From contig JAYZAR010000043.1 of the NCBI GenBank assembly GCA_036339635.1, positions 10,906 through 74,905 on the forward strand: a stretch of DNA of 64,000 bases. The letters run 5' to 3'. Below are positions 19,203 to 27,581 of the stretch, in pieces. The DNA is from Planctomycetota bacterium. Its GTDB lineage: Bacteria; Planctomycetota; Planctomycetia; Pirellulales; Pirellulaceae. The first letter of the stretch is position 1. Each line of letters opens with the position of its first letter. The notes beneath the pieces were generated by a model. The model made no database searches, was not told the DNA's origin, and worked only from the letters and a program-made list of their open reading frames with translations. Made by a program: the position numbers and the translations under genes.

Positions 19203-20702
19203 TTGGGTTGGCAACTCTTGAGCATTGGTGTTTTTTACTTACTGATCTTACTAGTCGGTCTGTATGCCGCTGGTCGGCGGAATGAAGATGGCACAACTAG
19301 TGGTTTGCTGTTGGCCAATCGAGGTCTGCCGTTGTGGATTGGTGTCTTCACGATGGTTGCCACGTGGGTTGGGGGCGGTTACATCAACGGTACCGCAGAG
19401 GCTGTTTATGATTCGCAGCGTGGTTTGGTGTGGACGATGGCACCGTGGGGTTACGCTCTCAGTATGGCAATAGGAGGGCTATTCTTTGCACGCCGAATGC
19501 GGCGGATGAACTTCACCACCCTCTTGGACCCTTTCGAAATTCGTTATGGAAAGCGGGTTGCGGCCGCCTTGTTTCTACCCGCATTGGTTGGAGAGGTGTT
19601 TTGGAGTGCGGCCATACTGGTTGCCCTTGGAACGACATTTGGGACGGTATTGGGATTTGATGTTTCAGCTTCGATTCTGTTCTCTGCTGCTGTCGCCGTT
19701 GGATACACGATGGTGGGCGGACTTCGTTCGGTAGCCTACACCGATATCGTGCAATTGGTTTGTCTGGTGTTGGGACTTTGCATCGCGATTCCGTTTGCGA
19801 TTCGCAATGTCGGTGGCGCCGATGCGGTGATGACGGGTTACTTGGCTGAAATGACATCGTTTCCCTCCGGTACCGGTGTCTGGTTGTGGTTTGATATGGC
19901 ACTGCTGCTGATCTTGGGTGGTATCCCATGGCAGGTTTATTTTCAACGTGTCTTAGCTTCCAAGGACGAACAAACCGCCATGCGACTTTCATTGATTGGG
20001 GCGGTCGGTTGTTTGTTGATGGCAGTTCCCGCAGTGATTCTTGGCGCCGTCGGTGCGGTGGCTGATTGGGGGTCGACCGGTGTCGACCCATCAGAACAAC
20101 CCGCAATGATCTTGCCTTACGTATTGCGGCACTTGACTCCGCCAATCGTGGCAACGGTTGGTTTGGGCGCCGTCGCCGCGGCCGTGATGTCGTCTGTCGA
20201 TTCGTCAATTTTGTCAGCTTCGTCGATGTTTGCTTGGAATGTCTATCGACCGTTGGTTCGAAAGTCAGCATCGGATCGAGAGCTTCGGTATGTTGTCCGC
20301 ATAGCGATTCTGGTGGTCGGGCTGGCAGCGACCGGTCTCGCGTTGTCGGTGCAGAGTGTCTATGTGCTGTGGTACCTGTGTGCCGACTTGGTCTACGTCG
20401 TGCTGTTTCCGCAATTGTTGATGGTGCTGTTCAGCCGTCACGCGAATCGTACTGGCGCGATCACTGGTGCGTTGATGGGACTGCTACTTCGGTTGGGAGG
20501 GGGCGAACCGATGATTGGACTGCCAGCCTTCATTCCCTATCCGTGGCAAGGTCCCGGTGGGAGTGACTTTCCCTTTCGCACATTCGCCATGTTGACCGGA
20601 TTGCTGACCATCTGGTTGATCTCGCGGGTCACGGGCAAGATTGATCCGCCGCAACCGTTGGCTGAAGCCGCGAAACAGGATTGCTCTCCATCCGCCGAGT
20701 GA
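19203..20702 (+). CDS. Sodium:solute symporter, high-affinity choline transporter (SLC5A7/CHT1-like)
   Basis: 'FTMVATWVGGGYINGTAEAVY', 'GGIPWQVYFQRVL', 'AAVMSSVDSSILSASSMF', 'LWYL..DLVYVVLFPQLL' and 'FPFRTFAM' closely match CHT1 as I recall it. About 13 TM segments. Confidence 0.88.
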   Translation: MGWQLLSIGVFYLLILLVGLYAAGRRNEDGTTSGLLLANRGLPLWIGVFTMVATWVGGGYINGTAEAVYDSQRGLVWTMAPWGYALSMAIGGLFFARRMRRMNFTTLLDPFEIRYGKRVAAALFLPALVGEVFWSAAILVALGTTFGTVLGFDVSASILFSAAVAVGYTMVGGLRSVAYTDIVQLVCLVLGLCIAIPFAIRNVGGADAVMTGYLAEMTSFPSGTGVWLWFDMALLLILGGIPWQVYFQRVLASKDEQTAMRLSLIGAVGCLLMAVPAVILGAVGAVADWGSTGVDPSEQPAMILPYVLRHLTPPIVATVGLGAVAAAVMSSVDSSILSASSMFAWNVYRPLVRKSASDRELRYVVRIAILVVGLAATGLALSVQSVYVLWYLCADLVYVVLFPQLLMVLFSRHANRTGAITGALMGLLLRLGGGEPMIGLPAFIPYPWQGPGGSDFPFRTFAMLTGLLTIWLISRVTGKIDPPQPLAEAAKQDCSPSAE

Positions 20703-20866
20703 TCGAATGGCTGAACAAATTGAAAACCACTGCTTGCTCGAGATGAGCAGCGCATGAGAGGAATCAGCGGCATTGGTATTTACACCTTGAAAGTCTGCCG
20801 ACGGAATTCTCGGCAGCTCATTCATTCTTCGCAGTGGAGCAACGGACGAGTACCAAGACCAGCGAC

Positions 20867-21637
20867 TTAGTCAATTTGGCTTGAGCGGTGAAAGGTTAAA
20901 TGAAGGCTGAGCCCGAGGTAATAAGCTACGAATAGTAGCGATCCGAAGACAAGCCATGAGGGAGGATCGGGAAGTTGCCAAACGATACCAATGAGAGCGA
21001 TGCCCCAGAGACTGGAAAGTGAAAGTGTCAACTTGCGAAAGTGCGGTGTGCGTGATGGATAGACGTATTTGATGGGGACAAACACCAGGACGATTAGCGA
21101 CAAAATAACGATCAGGTTAGTAATTGGAGTGAGCTTCATCGCCAAGAGGTACAGAACGACGACATTCCAATAGGAGGGAAATCCCTTGAAGTAATGGTCG
21201 GCAGTCTTGGCGTCGCTCTGACAGAATTGGTAGGCCGATGCCAGCGCGATCCCAGCGACCGCCCACCATGACCAAGATATTGGTAACAGTTCAGCCCGAT
21301 AGAGTAAAATCGCTGGGACGAGCACGTAACTAGCGTAGTCCACGATGTTATCGAGTTGTTCGCCACTAAAGTTAGGCAACACTTCCTTGACGCCTACTGC
21401 GCGAGCCAGTGCACCGTCGACCGCATCAATGAATACGGCGAGTGCGAGCCAGCCAAAGGCAGCTTTCCATTGGTGTTCGATTCCGGCATCGATCGATAGC
21501 AGGCAGCAAACCGAGCCACACGCGGTGAAGAGGTGGACCGCCCAAGCAACGGCTTTCCGCGACCGGGAAAAGAGTACCGGTTCCGGTTCCTGATCACCGT
21601 GGTTGGCTGCTGAAGAAATGGGATGCTCCATCGTCAT
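20867..21637 (-). CDS. pcs: Phosphatidylcholine synthase (CDP-alcohol phosphatidyltransferase)
   Basis: 'AWAVHLFTACG', 'DAVDGALAR', 'LDNIVDYASYVLVPA', 'DAKTADHYFKGFPSYWNVVVLYL' and 'PIKYVYP' are Pcs-type motifs. Confidence 0.88.
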   Translation of the reverse strand: MTMEHPISSAANHGDQEPEPVLFSRSRKAVAWAVHLFTACGSVCCLLSIDAGIEHQWKAAFGWLALAVFIDAVDGALARAVGVKEVLPNFSGEQLDNIVDYASYVLVPAILLYRAELLPISWSWWAVAGIALASAYQFCQSDAKTADHYFKGFPSYWNVVVLYLLAMKLTPITNLIVILSLIVLVFVPIKYVYPSRTPHFRKLTLSLSSLWGIALIGIVWQLPDPPSWLVFGSLLFVAYYLGLSLHLTFHRSSQID

Positions 21638-21658
21638 GGTTTACGCCTCGTCCTTTCT

Positions 21659-23428
21659 TCAATCAGTGGGCCAATAATAGATCTTGGGCATTCCCGACTC
21701 GGGTTGTTGCACGCGTTGGGGTTCGACGAAATGTTTGGCAGCCCAGCGATGCCACAAATCCTGCATGTCGCGAACCCGGTTGGGAAATTCAGCCGCGCGA
21801 TCGTGTAACTCTGACCGATCGGTATCAATCTGATAGAGTTCCCAGCGTTGAGCATAGTTGGTCCAGACCAGTTTCCATGGGCCGATACGGACGGCGCGAT
21901 TTCCTTCGTGTTCAAAAAAGATCGGACTTGTGTCCCACGGTCGATTTTCGATGACCGGCCGCATGCTGCGGCCAGCGAGCGGCAGAATTTCTTGGTCGCC
22001 CTTTCGCTGCGGGTAGGTCGCCATACCGAGATCGAGTAGCGTTGCAGTGAGATCGGTGATATGCGCGGGACGTCGATCAATTTCGCCACCTCGCGACATG
22101 CCAGCGGGCCAATGCATGATCAGAGGAGACGAGATGCCGCCTTCGTGGTTGTAGTGTTTGTAGAGTCGCAGTGGCGCGTTGCAGGCATTTGCCCATCCGG
22201 TGCCGTAACTGTGGAACGTGCCCGGTCCACCCATGCTTTGCAGCGAATCGCCTTCGTATAAACGGTTTTTCGGATACGGATTGTTGTCAAAACCAAATGG
22301 GTCCCATTCCGCACAGGCGCCATTGTCGGAGAGGAAAACAATCAGGGTGTTGTCCAACTGGTTCGTTTGACGTAGATGGTCGATGACGCGTCCAATATTC
22401 GCATCCATGATTTGGACCATGGCTGCGTAGGTCGCCATGCGACGACTCAAATCAGCTCTCCGATTCGGGTCGATGGTGTCCCAGGCCGGAATGGTTTGAT
22501 CGTAGTAAGGTGAGTCACCATTTCGCTCTGGTACCTTGGTGACATGCCCGCGGGGGGAAAGCTCGGCTCCCTCTCGAACGATACCGATGTCTAGCATGCG
22601 CTGCAGGCGTGATTGTCGAATCTTGTCCCAGCCGACTTGGTACGTGGTGGCGTACGCATTGATCACTTCTTTGGGAGCTTGCAGAGGAAAGTGTGGAGCG
22701 TTGTAGGCAAGGTACAAAAAGAAAGGAGCTTGGTTGCGGCCGGCAGATTGCATTAGCTCGATCGCTTGATCGGTGATCGCATCGGTCGCGTAAAAATCGC
22801 TTGCTTCGTACTGCGGTTGGGTTCGCCCGGCGGGGTGACGCACAAACAGATCGGGACGGTAGTAGCTGGCGTAAGCACGGAAGTGGCCATAGAACTCGTC
22901 AAAGCCACGTTCGGTAGGGGTGCAAAGCGGGTTGCCTTTACCACGAAGATGCCACTTTCCCGACATCAACGTTTGATAACCAGCCGCCTTCAATCGTTCA
23001 GCCACGGTGACGCATCGATCTGTCAGGAATCCGCGATAGCCCGGTTTATGATTGTCAGCAGACATCGCTCCCACACCCGCTTGGTGCGGATAAAGGCCGG
23101 TGAGCAGTGACGCACGGGTGGAGCAGCAGCGGGCCGCGTTGTACATCTGCGTCATCCGCAGGCCGTTATGAGCGAGACGGTCCAAATGGGGTGTCCGTAT
23201 TTCACCGCCGTAGCATCCCAAATCAGAATAGCCAAGGTCATCGGCGAGGATCACGACAAAGTTTGGTCGTTCGTTCTCTGTGGCGTTGGCCAAACTGGTG
23301 AGCATTAAGAAGCACCCGATGATCCATCCTGCTCCGAAAGGACAGCTTGGGTGCAGTCGTGCCATCACGTTGGTGAGTTTTTTCAGACGTGTGGGAATCT
23401 TCAAATGCATTGGGCGAATGGGGTGCAT
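21659..23428 (-). CDS. Arylsulfatase (AtsA-like S1 sulfatase), secreted
   Basis: 'RPNFVVILADDLGYSD', 'ARCCSTRASLLTG', GKWH, 'YNAPHFPLQAP', SDNG. The true start is probably downstream of 23428. Confidence 0.92.
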   Translation of the reverse strand: MHPIRPMHLKIPTRLKKLTNVMARLHPSCPFGAGWIIGCFLMLTSLANATENERPNFVVILADDLGYSDLGCYGGEIRTPHLDRLAHNGLRMTQMYNAARCCSTRASLLTGLYPHQAGVGAMSADNHKPGYRGFLTDRCVTVAERLKAAGYQTLMSGKWHLRGKGNPLCTPTERGFDEFYGHFRAYASYYRPDLFVRHPAGRTQPQYEASDFYATDAITDQAIELMQSAGRNQAPFFLYLAYNAPHFPLQAPKEVINAYATTYQVGWDKIRQSRLQRMLDIGIVREGAELSPRGHVTKVPERNGDSPYYDQTIPAWDTIDPNRRADLSRRMATYAAMVQIMDANIGRVIDHLRQTNQLDNTLIVFLSDNGACAEWDPFGFDNNPYPKNRLYEGDSLQSMGGPGTFHSYGTGWANACNAPLRLYKHYNHEGGISSPLIMHWPAGMSRGGEIDRRPAHITDLTATLLDLGMATYPQRKGDQEILPLAGRSMRPVIENRPWDTSPIFFEHEGNRAVRIGPWKLVWTNYAQRWELYQIDTDRSELHDRAAEFPNRVRDMQDLWHRWAAKHFVEPQRVQQPESGMPKIYYWPTD

Positions 23429-23624
23429 GATAGTGACGGCGGATCTCAGTCTTCTGAAACGATCAATTTTAATATGTTAAGATTCGCGCACCGACATGAC
23501 AGCAAGTTTTCTTTTGGATCCTGTTGTCAGTGGTCCTTTATGCCTCTGGCAGCGGATGAGCTGGCAGACGAGGTCCATCGGTCGGTGCACCTGATCCATC
23601 CGTTGAAAGAAACTGAAAGACCGA

Positions 23625-24707
23625 ATGATGAAAAAACGATGGCGGATTGTCGGAATCAACTTTTCTCACATGCATATGGGTGATTTGCTACGCAACGTGG
23701 CGGAGCATCCTGATGCGGACATCGTTGGCGTTTGTGATGAGAATCGGGAAGCAATGAATCCCGCTGTTGAAGCGTTGGGCATTCCTCTATCGGATGTTTT
23801 TACGGATTACGAAAAATGCATGCACGTGACGAAACCCGACTTGGTGATCCTCTGTCCTCCGACGGGTGAGCACGCCTTATGGACCGAAAAGATCGCTCCT
23901 TTTGGTGCGCACTTGTTTATCGAAAAACCGTTCGCTGCTTCCTTAGCGGATGCCGATCGTATGATCACAGCGGTCGCCAAGACAGGGAAAAAAATGTTGA
24001 TCAACTGGCCAATTCGGTGGGAGCCTTGTTATTACACGATGTGGCGTTTGATTAGCGACGGGATGATTGGTGATGTTTTTGAGGTTCATCATTACGGCGG
24101 CAATCGAGGGCCGCTATATCACGGAGCAGATAAGGTCGAATTTGAACCGACCCCAGAAGAGAAGCAACGGAGTTGGTGGTACAAGCTAGAAGCGGGTGGC
24201 GGTTCATTGCGTGACTATCTTGGCTACGGGGTCACTCTGGGGACTTGGTTCAATGGTGGACAGCGGCCGATCGAGGTGACTTGTGTTACGACGGCGTCAC
24301 CGGGTTTGGAAGTGGATGAACACAGCGTCACGGTCGCTCGATACGAGAATGGATTGTCCAAGTTCGAGACCCGTTGGGGGACATTTACCGATCCTTGGGT
24401 GCATCAGCCGCAGCCAAAATGTGGATTTGTCGTGCGGGGCACCAAGGGCACGATTTCCAGTTACGACTATGAGCAGACCGTACGAGTTCAAACGGCTGAG
24501 CATCCGGAAGGATTCGATCATCCGGTCCAAGAACTTCCACAGGGCGAGCGTAACGGGATTGAATACATGTTGACTCGAATTGACGGGGATCTGCCAATTG
24601 AAGGACCACTGTCACCTGAGATCGCGAGAATTGGCCAACAAATTATCGAAACTGCGATCCGTAGTGCCGAAGGAAAGCAAACGCTTCCGTTGGTTTCTGG
24701 TGATTGA
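23625..24707 (+). CDS. Gfo/Idh/MocA family oxidoreductase
   Basis: 'HLFIEKPFA', 'GGGSLRDYLGYG' and an NAD-binding N-terminus. Confidence 0.9.
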   Translation: MMKKRWRIVGINFSHMHMGDLLRNVAEHPDADIVGVCDENREAMNPAVEALGIPLSDVFTDYEKCMHVTKPDLVILCPPTGEHALWTEKIAPFGAHLFIEKPFAASLADADRMITAVAKTGKKMLINWPIRWEPCYYTMWRLISDGMIGDVFEVHHYGGNRGPLYHGADKVEFEPTPEEKQRSWWYKLEAGGGSLRDYLGYGVTLGTWFNGGQRPIEVTCVTTASPGLEVDEHSVTVARYENGLSKFETRWGTFTDPWVHQPQPKCGFVVRGTKGTISSYDYEQTVRVQTAEHPEGFDHPVQELPQGERNGIEYMLTRIDGDLPIEGPLSPEIARIGQQIIETAIRSAEGKQTLPLVSGD

Positions 24708-24911
24708 CGGCGATTTTTGTGATCCCGGACGATTCTTTCCGTGTCAAACCTGTTGGTTGTGAAGTGTTCTGATCGGGTTGGAAATTTCGCATAGGAGGTG
24801 AGGTGAGGGGGATAGATTTTTGTGTTTAGCCTTGGTGCGAGATTTGGCACACTGAGATACATTGTTGGGGGCGAAGGCACTGATCTCAAATTGATCGGCG
24901 TCGTCGCCGAC

Positions 24912-24997
24912 GCCCAGGTGGTGGAATTGGCAGACACAGGGGATTTAAAATCCCCCGGCCAAATGCGGCTGTGCGGGTTCGAGTCCCGCCCTGGGCA
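24912..24997 (+). tRNA. tRNA-Leu (anticodon TAA)
   Basis: Acceptor stem GCCCAGG/CCTGGGC-A, D-loop GGAATTGGCAGAC, anticodon stem GGGGA-TTTAAAA-TCCCC, long variable arm, T-loop GTTCGAG. CCA is not encoded. Confidence 0.97.
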
Positions 24998-25433
24998 CTT
25001 CTGCTATTCTGCGAGTTGGTGCGACGCTCCCAGCAAATCGGACGACACTCGGTGTTGTTCGTAACGTGTTCGACCGGATCCTTTAATCGCTGTTTTTTTT
25101 CCGCTGGTTCAGCATCTCCCAAGCGGAACGGCGCTAGCCGCCGGTCTCCGGTGCCAGTCTAGTTTTTTGCCGTGGCTTCGTCGCGTTGCTTCTTGATCCG
25201 GCCGATTTGACGTCTTGCAACGCCGCCTTACGCGAGAAAAAGTCTGTCACTGGTAGGTCTCGCACCCGCAAACGATTGAATCAAAATTGCATCAGAATTC
25301 CAAACATTTCACGGCCGGCGGATGTCATCAGACGAAAAATCGCATGCGTTCACCTGGCCCGTTTTTCAGACGTCCACCCTTGAAAAGTCTTTCGTGCGGA
25401 TGAATCAGCGTGTCACATCGCTTGGGCGTGACG

Positions 25434-27020
25434 TTATTGTTTGTCGGCCGATTCGGAATTGGCGGGGAGCGAACCAAAATCTGTGTCAGGTCGGAAGGCG
25501 ATCTTTTGGTAACGGTTGCCTTGCTTTCGAATGATATCACGCCAACCATCACTCCAGATAACCCTTGCTTCACCGTCAACCAATCTCCACGTTCCGGTGG
25601 CGTTTGGGACGTGGCTTTTCGTCGCCGTGTAATCAGCCTTTAGCGTCATTACAAAAACAGGCTTTCCTTTGGATCGACCGATGTCCCATTTGCCGATGAA
25701 TTCTTCCGGTGGCTCGGTGTCTGATTCTCTTTGAACTCCAGTTTGCACCTTGTAGAGATAGTTTTCGGTTCGAACGTAAAACGCGTTCTCATCAACGGCA
25801 GGGGTCGCCATCAGCGTTTGATTGTTCAATGCATTTTCCGCGACCACTTGATATTTATCTCCGGGACGAATCACGGTGCATTTTGATTCTTCATTGAACA
25901 GGTAAATTCGGTCTTGCGCGAAGATAGGTGTTGCCGAATAGGCTCCTTCCAGGCGTTGTTTCCAGACCAAGTCACCCGTCTCTGCCCGCAGGCAGGTCAT
26001 GATACCTTCTCGATTGATTAGGTAGAGTCGGTCACCGATTAAAAGTGGTGTAGACCGTGCCGGCATCCCGCGCGTTTCTTTCCATTGGATGTGCGTATCA
26101 GTCACATCTCCGCTGCCGTCGTGCCGGATTGCCCACAGTTCGGGATGGTCGCGATCGACAATGGCGAAGACGAGGCCGTCGCCTGAGACAGGCCGTGGAA
26201 AGACGGACCATCCTTTGTGGCGAACACGCCAAAGTTCGCGTCCATCGGTACCGTAGCCGTAAACACCTTGGGCCGCAGCACTGATCAATTGGGTGCCGCT
26301 GCGGTACGGAGCCAGTCCAGGCATGCTATATGCTTTTCGTTGATTGACTGGGACTGTCGAATAGTCGTAGGACCGGGGCGTTTTCCAGACGGTTTCGCCG
26401 GTTGCAGTGTCCAAGGCGACGATGTATTGAACGTCTCGGCCATCCACGTGCACGACCAATTGATTGTCGATTAGAGTTGGCGAGCTAGCCGGCCCAGCAT
26501 TTGTTTCATGATCGCACTTTAGGTCTCGCCGCGCCCAGACAAACTCGCCGGTTTCGGTCGCTAAACACGCGGTGCCATAGGTGCCGAAATGAATAAAAAC
26601 ATGTTTTTTGTCGATTACCGGCGTGGGTGTGGCATAGGTGTTGGCCGCACTGATTTTTTGTGGTTGATCGACAGTGAAAACTTGTTGATCGACAAGGACT
26701 TGGCCGGTGTTCTTGTCAATGCAAACAGCGAACAAGCGCTTACCGTCCAAGGTCGCCGTGGTTAGCCAGATCAGGTTACCGGAGATAACCGGTGACGACC
26801 AACCGCGATCGTGAATCCTTGTCTTCCAAGCTACATTTTCAATCTCTGTCCATTGCAATGGTAGCTTGACCGATGTCGTGTGACCGTTCCCTTGCGGACC
26901 GAGAAACTGCCACCATGATTCATCAGCCATGCTGGGAGCGGCAACCAACGGAAGGGCCATCATGAAGAGGAAATGAAATCGCAACCTTTGTTCCTTGAGC
27001 ATGAGGTAGACAGATCGCAT
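25434..27020 (-). CDS. PQQ-binding-like beta-propeller protein (BamB-like, planctomycete type) with extra C-terminal domain
   Basis: Signal peptide, 'WWQFLGPQGNG', 'GWSSPVI', 'NTYATPTP', 'GPASSP', 'ATPAV' and an additional C-terminal domain of about 95 aa. Confidence 0.88.
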   Translation of the reverse strand: MRSVYLMLKEQRLRFHFLFMMALPLVAAPSMADESWWQFLGPQGNGHTTSVKLPLQWTEIENVAWKTRIHDRGWSSPVISGNLIWLTTATLDGKRLFAVCIDKNTGQVLVDQQVFTVDQPQKISAANTYATPTPVIDKKHVFIHFGTYGTACLATETGEFVWARRDLKCDHETNAGPASSPTLIDNQLVVHVDGRDVQYIVALDTATGETVWKTPRSYDYSTVPVNQRKAYSMPGLAPYRSGTQLISAAAQGVYGYGTDGRELWRVRHKGWSVFPRPVSGDGLVFAIVDRDHPELWAIRHDGSGDVTDTHIQWKETRGMPARSTPLLIGDRLYLINREGIMTCLRAETGDLVWKQRLEGAYSATPIFAQDRIYLFNEESKCTVIRPGDKYQVVAENALNNQTLMATPAVDENAFYVRTENYLYKVQTGVQRESDTEPPEEFIGKWDIGRSKGKPVFVMTLKADYTATKSHVPNATGTWRLVDGEARVIWSDGWRDIIRKQGNRYQKIAFRPDTDFGSLPANSESADKQ

Positions 27021-27084
27021 GAGGTAGGAGCCAGCGTGAGGTAGCAGACAGGTTGAGGTAGCAGACAGGGTGAGATAGCAGATG
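27002..27084 (+). repeat. Degenerate tandem repeat ~17 bp x5
   Basis: TGAGGTAGACAGATCGCA / TGAGGTAGGAGCCAGCG / TGAGGTAGCAGACAGGT / TGAGGTAGCAGACAGGG / TGAGATAGCAGATG. It spans the putative start of the minus-strand gene. Confidence 0.8.
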
Positions 27085-27092
27085 AATTCCTG

Positions 27093-27341
27093 CTAAGGGA
27101 ACCGTCGACCCTTTGGGTTTCCCAGTTCCATTCGTTTGACAAGGTCGTCAACGATTGCGCGGATCGGAACAGACAAGACCAACACGGCGACCAAGGCTTC
27201 CGGTAAAGAGAACAGCCATCGGATCCCCGCGAAGGTGCAGATCAACAGAGTGAGCATGCCCCAGAATTCCGCCATCGAAAATTTCATGTTGATCGCGTCA
27301 AGCTCGTTCGCGTCATGTTCAGTTCGCCGATCCGATACCAC
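27093..27341 (-). CDS. Small hypothetical membrane protein
   Basis: 'MKFSMAEFWGMLTLLICTFAG' resembles planctomycete 'FSLxxL' small membrane proteins. Two hydrophobic segments; co-oriented with the PQQ gene. Confidence 0.5.
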   Translation of the reverse strand: MVSDRRTEHDANELDAINMKFSMAEFWGMLTLLICTFAGIRWLFSLPEALVAVLVLSVPIRAIVDDLVKRMELGNPKGRRFP

Positions 27342-27581
27342 TGCCGTCCCTCATTCTATGGTGGGGATGAAGGTCAAGTCACGTGATATTCGGTAGATGC
27401 TCGCAGAGATTTCTGCACTGAGGCCTAATCGCTAATTCGGCCCGGTCGGGTCGTGTCGAAGCAACTTGATACGCGGATGATCGCACAAGGCTTGGTGAAT
27501 CACAACGAGGTTGCTCAAAACCGAGTATCATAAGCCACGTCGTCCGATTCGGTGAGCCTTTTGCCATTGCTTGCAGTTGTC

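Noticed and set aside
24912-25430. tRNA-Leu as an integration site for a genomic island
   Set aside because: No integrase, and I saw no duplicated tRNA 3' end in the window. The downstream genes are ordinary planctomycete families.
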